Part shown: positions 1 through 10,210 of the stretch, in pieces
How the letters are laid out: each line of letters opens with the position of its first letter
Numbering within the stretch: the first letter of the stretch is position 1
Source of the DNA: Lophium mytilinum
Lineage: Eukaryota
Length of the DNA stretch: 64,000 nucleotides
Direction: 5' to 3'
NCBI GenBank assembly: GCA_010093605.1
Contig: MU004185.1
Location: 517,334 to 581,333 of the forward strand
Made by a program: the position numbers and the translations under genes
Notes under the pieces: generated by a model
Database searches by the model: none
What the model was told of the DNA's origin: nothing
The model's input: the letters and a program-made list of their open reading frames with translations, nothing else

Positions 1-1
1 G

Positions 2-1171
2 CGACGGCTATTCCCATACAATTGGTCCACGACTACCTCGCCAACAGTCTTCGAAGCTTCCACATTCCTTAATCGCATGGCTGCATGGGAGGTAGAAGAG
101 GTCCGCTGCATCTACTACTACATCGAAGTCAACTTTATTGAGATTGTTGATAGCTTAGAGGACGCCGTGGTCCGCAAGTTCCACCAGGCACAAGCTGCAG
201 ACATCGACGGAACGGATAGCCATGGCAACGATTATCGACTGGAGCATCTCGGATTAGGCATATTTCGAACGCCAGCTTCGGTTGAACACCTAATCGATCT
301 ACCGGTGTATATCCATTGTCTGATTGAGGTTGGGCTTCCTTACCTGAGGGCCGTTTTGGAAGCAACCGAGGAACGTCGAATGGCGATGGTTGCATCCAAT
401 CCTATCACAAGACCACCACGAGAAACACTTCTCATGCACCTCGACAAGCGCTCTCACGAGCTTGCCATGCACCAGGCCTCTCTTGACGAGTCGGCAGGGC
501 ACAACGCTGCTGAGCGGGTCGTGCCTATGGGATATGAGGAGTCAGCAACCCAACCGAACGCCGGCTGGATTACGTTCAGAGACGAAGATAAATGGAGCAT
601 TCCGAGGTGGATGGGGGCTGTGTTCTGGGACCACAGCCGGCTGCTGGAGCTGGATTTGGTGCCGCGCCTCGATCACCCCCTCCGTGGCGAGTTCGGGATA
701 AGACGCCCAGGGCGCAAGGGATTCATGATGCGACCCCCGGCTGAGCAGCGATTCCATGGGAAACCGATCAGTCTGAGGGCTCTCCAAAGGTTGAGACCGC
801 CTGGTCTATTCCCAGCCGACACCCTCCACGGAATCGAGCCCTGGCTGGCGAGCCTAGACTACAACATGGACCCAGTGTCTCGCGAAGTCTTGGAAGAGAC
901 CTTCCACCATCTGCCACGTCCGCTGAATCAAGAGCTCAAAGGGGTGCTTCAGTCTAAGGACTTCGGGCCAGATTCGCGGATAGTGGGACACCAGGAAACA
1001 GCAGCGTATGACTCACGATGCTATCCTGCGGAGAGAGTCTCGCAATGCTTTCATGCAAACAACGTCTCGCGATGCTTTCACAGAGAGCCGAATGGCCGCC
1101 AGCTTACCAGCACCCCGGCTTGTCGTGCTTGTGCAGATGTGGATACTGGGTTGTCGTGCCCGTGTAGTTGA
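2..1171 (+). CDS. Hypothetical protein, probably 5'-truncated by the window edge
   Basis: The frame is open from base 2 to the stop at 1171 (364 aa from the ATG at 77). Composition is protein-like, but no family was recognised. Confidence 0.6.
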   Translation, partial: RRLFPYNWSTTTSPTVFEASTFLNRMAAWEVEEVRCIYYYIEVNFIEIVDSLEDAVVRKFHQAQAADIDGTDSHGNDYRLEHLGLGIFRTPASVEHLIDLPVYIHCLIEVGLPYLRAVLEATEERRMAMVASNPITRPPRETLLMHLDKRSHELAMHQASLDESAGHNAAERVVPMGYEESATQPNAGWITFRDEDKWSIPRWMGAVFWDHSRLLELDLVPRLDHPLRGEFGIRRPGRKGFMMRPPAEQRFHGKPISLRALQRLRPPGLFPADTLHGIEPWLASLDYNMDPVSREVLEETFHHLPRPLNQELKGVLQSKDFGPDSRIVGHQETAAYDSRCYPAERVSQCFHANNVSRCFHREPNGRQLTSTPACRACADVDTGLSCPCS

Positions 1172-2251
1172 GGATGGATTTTCTTGGATTGGAACCTGGG
1201 ATTGCGCCGAACGGACGGGCTGTTAGGTAGGTAGGCTATTAATGGCGACATAGAGCGCTATATGTGATTGAGAAGGTGTTGAGAGCCGGGCTGGGTCTGT
1301 GGTGGGTTGAGACGCTACCCGATCGGGTTATTTTGGTGAATGACCTCCACAAAAGCGTCCTGCAAAAGCGTGAACGCACCTTAAAATACGCATAAATAGC
1401 AGCTTAAGATCACCTACGCATTCCCTAAGCCTCGAGCTTTGACTTGTTGTTCCGACAACCTCAGACCGCCACCCCACCCCTGCTAAACCCTGTTCTTAGC
1501 GGTCTGACTGCAAAAGGGGGCGGTCTGGGGATTTTGCAAGGTTCGTCTCGGCTAATACTCTACGAGCGATCTACCAACACGTCGTCGTCAAAGGGGTGTT
1601 TATTGGTTTGATAGGTTCGTGATAATGTTCCAGTGTACTAGTGACGATACCGGGAGCTCTGAGGCGAAGGAGTGCAGGTCTAGAAACTCACCGCTTGACG
1701 GAACGGTGTATTGGAATCTACTCGATGTGTTGCAGCTGAAGCTTGGCTTGTTTGAGCTATGCCTTACGGGCTAGCAGAGACTGGTGTTGTAGAGCGACAT
1801 AACGTATGGTGTGGCAGGGAGCAGGGGGGCCGAGGAGGCGCTCCAAGATTTGTGTTTGTGGGATCTAGACTTTTAGTCTGTGCAAGGAGAAGTAGAGGTC
1901 CATGAGGTATGGCATTAGATTTATGCGGAGGTGAGCGCCTCAACGCATTAGCGATAATAACCGAGCACACTATCGTTCACCCAATGCTCCCTTGCCAATC
2001 GAGCTACCAGAATTACGGATGGAAAAAGTCTCTTTGTATGAAGCGAGAGCAGGAGAAACAAAAGCTCTAGCACGAGCGGGAAATGAAAGGGGAAACGAAT
2101 GAGTAACGCGCCTGAATGTGAAGAGATTGATGACAGGAATCAATGTCGTGATCCGAGACAGGAACATAGAAGCAAGAGCTGGAGTCTAGTTATAATGAAT
2201 AGAAAAACGAATGGCAGGCAAATGGCTAGAGAAGGGTTTTCTCTTCCCTCC

Positions 2252-2736
2252 CTAATTGCCCATCTGCATCCCGCCCTGCCCGAACTTGACTTTATCATTC
2301 AGTCCCAGCCGCTCATACTCGGATTTACGCCGCTCCTTCTCCTTTTCCTTTTCCTTCAGGCGCTCGAACTCAGCTTCAGACGAGGGAAGTTCATGGCCTT
2401 TGCTACTGCTCGAGGACGAGAGCTTGCGTCGTGCTTTGTCGAGGGCGGACATGATGCTAGATTTCTCTTTTGGGGAGGAGGATGATGCTCTGGAAGGAGG
2501 AGGTGAGCATTGAGCATAGTTGAACGGTTGAGTAGATGGGATGGGTGTAGTTACCTTGCTTTCTGGAGAGCAATTGAGTCCTCAGATTCGAATGAATGTC
2601 TCGCCTCTGCTCCTAGCTGGTTGGGTTTGCTCTCAGAAGGCGATTGTGTTTGCGGTGCGTTTGAGGCTTGAGACAGGTTAGGGTTGGGCTTTACTAGTCC
2701 TGAGTGAAAAATTGTACTAGACCCACTGGATGACAT
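2252..2736 (-). CDS. Small Ser-rich, charged hypothetical protein (~139 aa, 2 exons)
   Basis: Exon 2736-2555, intron 2554-2490 (GTAACT...CTCAC...CCAG), exon 2489-2252. Splicing joins two listed ORFs in frame. Confidence 0.7.
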
Positions 2737-4489
2737 TTTGATGCGAGGTGTCTGATGTCGAAATGGCTGTTTCGGAGATAACTTTGGTTGCGAGAAGCTG
2801 ATCTCGGCTGATACTTTCCAAGACGTATGGGAGGGACGCTTTTTGTAGGTCCTTTGGTCAGGGGTATGTTGGCTTGGGTATCTAGGATGTATCCACGTCG
2901 ATGCGGTGTAATGCTATTTGGTGATGATGGTGTACGTGGTGTCCTTGTGGCCTTGTGGGCCAAGAAAATACAGCATGCAGGATTCCAAGTAGTGTAGGCG
3001 GCGCCTGGCAAATCAGGAATTGATCAGGCAGGTGAGGGCTGAAGATGTTATGAGTGATGATGCGGCCTCAGGAGCCTACCCTCAGGCATTTTATATGTCC
3101 GCGTAAGAGAGCAAACGCAGCTTGGGTGAAAATGGATAGGCTTGAGTTCGCCCTACGCGCATTTCCGGCCCTCGGAGTCATTATGCAGACGGTATAGAAC
3201 GCGAGCAACACGAGGCCAGCCCTACCGGCCTTGTCATTGCTTGGTGGGATTGCTTGTTCTGGGTTCGCGTGCCTAGATGCCCATTCATCTCATGCATGAG
3301 CAGCTACGGGACTTCGTATGCCCGCATTTCTGCCTTGCTCGACATGGATAGAGCGAATGGTCTTCATTGGTCGATTGCCGTGCCAAGAAGAGCCTACGAA
3401 GCAAAGTGAGCCGGGGTGGTTGCTATACGATTCCAGTCTAGGGTGGTGGTAGGCGACTGCTGTTACGCGGCTGCTCACAGGCGTGCTATGCAGAGACGGC
3501 ACGAGAGGATCTTGGAGACGCGGCACAACCAGCTAGAGAGCGCATTTTGGGGCCAAGGTCGTCGGCAGACTGCTTCCAGAAGCATGAACAGTCATCCGTA
3601 GAACTAGTGTGGCTGCGTAAGTGCTTCCATCGCCCACTGCTCGGACATCGAAGTGGTAGTCTTGTTGCAGCGGAGTTGTTATGTGAGTCAGAGGATGAAA
3701 TACTTCGACCTTTGTGATATACTCTTCCATTCCAAGCATGATCACCGAATGCCCGAAATTGTGGCGGGGAGGCTGTGTTTGGGTTGCAACCCTTCACGGG
3801 ACGATGATGAGGGAAGAGTTGAGCGATAAATGCAGGTGATATTTCTGGCAAGGCGGACTTGTAGAACATCTAGGCCACTTGACTCTAAAAGTAGACCTTA
3901 TTGTGAGGCTGTGAGCAGGATGTTCATCGTCCCTAAGAAAGAGTTCGGGGCTTCTATTAATGTACATTACAATCATCACTTCATTTATCATCGTTCTTAA
4001 ATCACGCATCTCGGGTTCCGTCACGTGCTCACCACTTTTACACAGTCCGAACCTTGCGTCATATCTTGTGCAGGTTGCCTGGAAACGCTGGCAGCAGTCA
4101 ATTCGTTGAAGTATTTGGGTCCTTTCTTCTAATTTTCCTAACAATAATTTTCTGTCTGAGGGAGACCTCTCGCAACTTAGATATTGATGAGTTGAGCGCC
4201 AACCCATTCTTCTCCAGTATGGAGATGCAGGACGCCGCACTCTGCCCAAGTAGCTTGCAAGTCTCGATGTAGTACTTCAGGTATTCAAGTATCAAACAGA
4301 GTCTGCGATCTTCGCGATCTTTTTCGGAGTGCTAGCCGGTAAGTACGCAGCATCAGAAGGTGCAATTACTGAACAGTAACCTAAATTTTGAACATTGACA
4401 AATGAAACCGTATCCATTGTGGACGGTAGTTGTTGTAAGGCGAAATATGTACAGACTCAAGACCCGCGCACAGCCGTGGCCTCTGCTTC

Positions 4490-5248
4490 CTACTTCTCTT
4501 CCCGCTCCGCCGGTAGACTGCCATCCTTCAATGCTTGTAGCTTGGCTTCCTGCGCCCCATAGTTCTCCTTCTCGTATTTAGCGATCAGCTTGTCTAGGTT
4601 CACGCTGCTGCCGGCGGGGACGTTGTATGGGGATCCGAAGTTGAATTGCCTGTTGAGTATGCCGAATTAGCGACTGTTTTCTGTCAGGAGCCTCCCACGG
4701 CTTCTTCCTGTGCCAATTACACTTCCTGCCTCCTACATCCTGCTCTCATCTCCTAATTGCATAAAGTAGGGACGTACTCAGGGAACTTCAAGTCGACGGT
4801 CTGCTGGCCCTTGGAATGAATGAACAGGTTCCGATCTGCACCGGCTCGTTCCAGCGCCTTGGTGTGTATGTCGTTCCGCTCAGCCCAAAGAGTTTTGTAC
4901 TCTGAGTAAGAGTCGATATACCGGTAGAGGAGGGGCCGATCGTCGTCGCTGGAGCGGGATGCATAGTAAAGTCCGAGTAGCGCGGGTATGGCGGCAATGC
5001 CGATATAGAACTTGGGCTACAGAACATCGTGTATTAGCATTGGAATTGGTCAAGTGAATAGCGCAATGCCCCCAAGACCAAAGTCGGAAAGGTGCAAGAC
5101 GCAGAGAGAGGCATACTCCGAACGACTCGTTTACGGGGCCGTGATGGGCGTCGTGATGAGCGTCATGGTGGGCACTACGTCGTAGCCGGGCCACGGGGGC
5201 CCGCGCAATCCGGGCAGAGGTGAGGGCGGATCTCCGCAACGAGAGCAT
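4490..5248 (-). CDS. nuo17.8: NADH:ubiquinone oxidoreductase 17.8 kDa accessory subunit (fungal complex I), 3 exons
   Basis: Arg-rich presequence, then HHDAHH-GPVNESFG, a hydrophobic helix, and ...KFPE/QFNFGSPYNVPAG...; this matches my recollection of the fungal 17.8 kDa subunit family. Confidence 0.8.
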
Positions 5249-6288
5249 GGCGGCTGTGTGTGGTGTTGTGGATGCCAATGGCGGGCAGTTGACGATGGAG
5301 CTCGAGAGGTTGGATTTGGGGCGAGCCCGAATCCGGCGTAGCGCGAAGAAGCCAAGCCATCCGTCAAGACCTCACCCCAACCTTTCATCCAAACATTACC
5401 TTTTGCAGATTGATTTAGGCTGTGAAAGGTCTTGCGATAGCCCAGAGCTGCTAGCTGGGGCTCACAACGAGCAGGTAGATTGCCTTCGTGATAGTGCCTT
5501 CGTTCTTAGCCCAAAACATCTCCTCTTTCGACGAAATCGAAGGGGTAATATCCAACACGTCTGTGGACTACTAAGTGCCGCAAGAGTGTCTGTTTAGTCC
5601 GGAAATAATATCTAGTAGCTCATAAGCTCTGCGCTACCATGAGGCCTCATAGGCCAAAGTAGTGAAGCGCGTTGCTACCTTGAGATGCCTAAGATCAATT
5701 TGCGATCGCTGAACTATCAAAAGAGCTATCTCTGCCTGTAAGAGTAGATCCGAAATCAGTAGCGAGGAGAGACATTAGAGCAGGTAGGATCACGCTTACG
5801 CAGCCTTTTCCGGCATAGTGAAAGGCTGCAAAGCGGTGACCGGAAGTCGAGGTAGCAAGTACAGTGACATTCATTAGTCCCGTTCCATTTCTAGTCCTAC
5901 AGCGAATCTTTCAAGTCAGGAATCCTTCCCTCCAAGTCACTATCGTCAGTGCATCTTCTTAGATGTGCTTGCCGCACCAGTTCTCTCCGGGTCACGTGAC
6001 GAATAAACATTGAGGAAACTGGAGCACTCGAGATGGAGCGAAAGCATTTGTTTGAGAGTTGAGCCTACTGAACGGCTTTCGAGGTCGTCATCTAGTGTTC
6101 GCGGTCGGCTAGTGCTAATGAGGCTACTCTGGACGTCCTCTCCTTCTATCTACCGCACCGTGGCGCCTTCCTCTTCTTTCCTTCCCCTCATCTTCTCCCA
6201 TTTCGCTCCTCTTCTTCCTTTTCACCATCCAACAACCTCTGAACTGCTTCAAAACAACACAGCAAACCCACATACATTTGCAGCCGTC

Positions 6289-8074
6289 ATGAAGTTCATC
6301 CTCACCGCTGTGGCGGCCCTGGTTACTCTGGCCATCGCCCGACCAGGCGTACTCAACGGACCCAACGCCGACGACCACCAGCTCACTACGCCTGCGGAAA
6401 TCCTGTCCGAACTCGACCAGCGTGACCAGACCAAGTCTCAACGTTGTGTGCAATGCGCTGGAGAATACGGCAGCCAATGCTTCGCGGTGAGTGTTCCTCA
6501 GCTGAACTCGCCGGTTCCGTGGCTAATGAGACTGTTGTCTAGTGCAAAGATGTGTCGTGCTTCCAATCATGCAACGACGAAATATGCAACAACTCCAAGG
6601 TAAGACGAGGCATATCTTCTAGGAAAAATGATCTTGCTCACATATCTCTACAGTGTCAAGATTGTGCCTTTTGCTGTACTCCCCAAGAGAGCGAGCTTCA
6701 TCAGCGCGACTCGTCTCCTTGCCAAGGGTGCTACGCAACATATGATGAGTGCATCGAGGTAAGTAACGATGCATTGACCGCACGGCAGTAGACTCTGACA
6801 AGATGTATAGCTATGCCACGATGATGTGGCCTGCCGCAAAGCCTGCGACTCCAACATCTGCAGCTCTCCTGAGGTAGGCAACTACTATACCGAACTCCTT
6901 CCATCGAAGCACAGCTAACGCGCCTCCAGTGCTTCCGTTGCCAGAACTTCCCCTGCATCCATACCGGGCACGTCGATCCCAGCCTCTCGACGCGCGAGGA
7001 CAACAGCTCCGTGGTTCCGGATACTCCACCGCCGACAGAAATGGACTGCAATTGGTGCGCCAAAGAATACGCCAATTGCCTTCAGCATTGTTCACCAATG
7101 ACCGATCAGTGCATCCACCATTGCAACGTCATGCTCTGTGGCAATCAAGAGTGCCGCGACTCCTGTGGCTGGAACATCTGCCCCATACACAAATCCGCCA
7201 TTGACGGCGTCCCTGCAACTCCATCCGCTCTCTCAAAGCGCGAGGAAAACAGCCCCGTCGTCTCAGATACTCCACCACAGACAGCAAGTAGCTGTGATGA
7301 CTGCGACGTATTTTACGACCAGTGCCTTCACAGTTGCAAGTTCACCGATGCGTGTGTCCACTATTGCATGGGCCTAATGTGCAGCAATCCACTGTGCCAC
7401 GACTATTGTGGCTATGAATGCTCCAAGCATGAACCCGCTATCGACGACGTCCCTGCGACTCCATCCGCTCTCTTAAAGCGTGCCGCTCTTCCTATGGCCC
7501 AGGACGTGTGGACGCCTTCTGCCGCCAAGGACGACACGGAAAGCAAAGAGCCTGAACAGGAAGAAATGAACAAGCTCACAATCCGTGCCGCTCTTCCTAT
7601 GGCAGAGGACGTGTGGACGCATTCTACCGCCAAGGACGAACCTGTCTCTCCGGATGTCGCTCCACTCGAAGAAACGAACAAGCTCACGATCCGTGCCGCC
7701 CTTGCTATGCCCCAGGACGTGTGGACGCATTCTGCCGTCAAGAACGAACCCGTCTCTCCGGATGTCGCTCCAGATGTCGCTCCACTCCCCGTTCCCCCGC
7801 CTCCGTGCATTGGGTGCGAGGCTCAGTATCTCAATTGCATCAAGGTAAGTCTTCGTCTGCATCTCTTCTAGTGACCTCTAGAGTATAGCATGGTCTGACA
7901 TGCATCCGCAGCCTTGCCCAGATGATCCTGGATGCCAAGAAGCATGCAAGCATATCGTCTGCCTGAACCCAGACTTGAACCATCGAGTGAGTATACTCTC
8001 GTCAGACTCGTCGAAGATGATTTACTGACGACTTTGAGGAGTGCAAGAACGACTGCGGCTTCAAGGACTGCTAG
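6289..8074 (+). CDS. Secreted cysteine-rich repeat polyprotein (~482 aa, 7 exons), effector or peptide-precursor candidate
   Basis: Signal peptide MKFILTAVAALVTLAIA. Exons 6289-6486, 6543-6599, 6654-6758, 6811-6873, 6930-7844, 7912-7986 and 8039-8074 join in frame through phase-0 GT-AG introns. Five ~10-Cys modules. Confidence 0.85.
7481..7790 (+). repeat. Three coding tandem repeats (AALxMxxDVWTxSxxK[D/N])
   Basis: Repeated DNA tgccgctcttcctatggc...aggacgtgtggacgc at about 7481, 7586 and 7694. Confidence 0.9.
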
Positions 8075-8542
8075 ACGAATCGGCCAGCCCCTGCCCAGTC
8101 AGTGGTCCAACTGAAGGCGACGCTCAAAGTCCGATCAGTCGTTTCTGCCTTCGTTCATGGTAACTCGGCAACTTTTCTGTGAAGTATCGGAACGGACTTT
8201 TATGTACTCCGGAGAACAGATTAGTATAGTATGGCTTTGCAACCTCGAATGAAAAATGGCCTCTGGTCACATCTGACAACGAATTGATTTGTATGATGTC
8301 GTGAACTCTGAAAACAAATGCAAATGGTCGCTTGAAGAAATGGATCTGCTTCTTACGTGGTCTTGATCTGTGAAGATAATCACACCACTGTTCTAGGTTT
8401 GTTGTCCTACTCTCGTCGCCAAAGCAACAACTGTGAAGAAAAGAAGAACGAAGTGACTGGTTAACGAAGCTTAGATGAGTTTACTCCCTCTAATCTCTAA
8501 AGCAAGCCTATAACCCCTTTCAATACCTTCCCCACATTCAAA

Positions 8543-9714
8543 CTACAACTTCGCCGCCGCCGCCTTCTCAAAATCCGCCCTGGTCAACTCATCCCCCCGC
8601 CTCTTCTCCATGGCCAACCGCCCCGTCTTCAGCAACCTCGCAATCATATCCTCATCCCCATGATGTGCATTATGCTCAAACTCAGGCTCCTCCCCATACG
8701 CGACCCTCGCCGCATCCACCAAAATCCGCGCCGTCATCCCAAACACCCTGAACCGCGTCTGCCGATCCAACGCATCCTCCTCTTCCTCGCCAGGGGCCGT
8801 CGGATGCGTGATCTTCGGCCGCGCCTTCTTCCGCGGCCGCACAACCGTCTGGCTACTATTGCCCGCCGCGCCGACGGGCACGTAGAAGTTGTGCATCCGC
8901 CATCGGCTCTCGTGCCAGTCGGTCCACACGCCGCGGTACCACTCGGCCTTGAAGCCGGCCGCCTCGGCGCCGGGGAAGTCGCCCGCGCTCGCGCTCGAGT
9001 GGGCTAGGTTGTCCGCGGCCTCGTCCTTTTCGCGGAGGAAGTTGTGGAAGGGGGCGGTGAAGACGGCGGCGACTTCTTTGGGGTCGAGGCGCGGGATGAG
9101 GGCGCTTTCGGCGGATGGGTTGGGGGATGACGCCGCGTTAGAGGGGGAGGAGGTGGAGAGGAACGCGACGCAGGGCCGCACGCCGAGCTCTGTTCGCGCG
9201 AGGTTCGAGGGGAGCTGGCAGAGGTGCTCGACGCGGAAAGGGGAGGGGAGGTGGGCGTCGTGGAGGGGGAGGCCGATTTCTTCGTAGGCTTCGCGGCGGG
9301 CGGTGGCGAAGGGCGTTTCGGTGAGGGTGTCGGATTTGCCTGGGGATCCTTCAGTTAGAAGACTGGCGAGGTCTGTAAGGGGAGGAGGGAGTAATACCTC
9401 CTGGGAGGGCGGCTTGTCCGGCGTCTGGTGGGGGGATTAGTAAAGAGCTTGGAAAGGCATTTGATGGAGGAGGTGTACATGTTCTCAGCGTGCCTGCGCG
9501 CATGGTGAGGACGACTCTGAGGTCGCCAGCTCGGTCAGCGAAGAGCAGGATTAGGACTGCTGCTCTCCGCGATAGTGGGAGGTTGTTCCATTGTGTAGGT
9601 GGTGGTCGGTAGGCGCGCAGACGCGCAATTGCTTGCTATAGCTTGATCAGACCTTCTATTCTTGTGTAACATCAAGGAAGCTATTACCGCAGAAGCTGGC
9701 GTGAGAGTGGCCAT
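8543..9714 (-). CDS. PCD1: Peroxisomal coenzyme A diphosphatase (Nudix, PCD1/NUDT7 family)
   Basis: RRAAVLILLF...VVLTMR...GQAALPGG, Nudix box TARREAYEEIG, VFGMTARIL, and a C-terminal AKL PTS1. Multi-exon. Confidence 0.88.
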
Positions 9715-10210
9715 GATAGTTCATAGTGTAAGCCATGGCGGTGCAGCTGGCGATCAAGTTGAAGGGCAAAGAGCACAGGCGGTACCTATGGAGGGGTCGA
9801 TGTCCCTGCGCCGAGGTCAATCTGATCGAGTCGTGGACGTTGATATCCTGGCGGTCATCACTATTATCACATCATTCAAAGAAGATCAGAAACGATTGGA
9901 TGTGAGAAGATAACTATGGCTTTTGTGCCGATTGCCTCTGAGTAGAGGGGCCTCTTAATACAGAGGACTTTGTATGCTAGTAACAAGAAAGAATCATGTG
10001 GACATGCCCGATGCCCGATGCCCGGTGTCCCCATTCCAACCAGCCCAATCCATTGGGGTATCCGTTCCTATGCAGCCTGGTACTCCAAGTAACAAATTGT
10101 GATCGCTCGTTAAGGTACTTCGTGTTCTTCGTTCGCAAACCTTTGAGGCCATACAATGATATCAATCAAGGACGCCATGTCTGTCGAGCCTGTTCTTCGA
10201 TGCATATTCT

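Noticed and set aside
1461..1530. Short inverted repeat TCAGACCGC/GCGGTCTGA with a third partial copy
   Set aside because: Only 9 bp, with no target-site duplication or transposase. At most it is a transcription-factor site.
5991..6000. Isolated GTCACGTGAC palindrome and other single CACGTG sites (about 4022 and 14673)
   Set aside because: Single E-boxes are common, and these lack the AATTCACC partner and the periodicity of the array.
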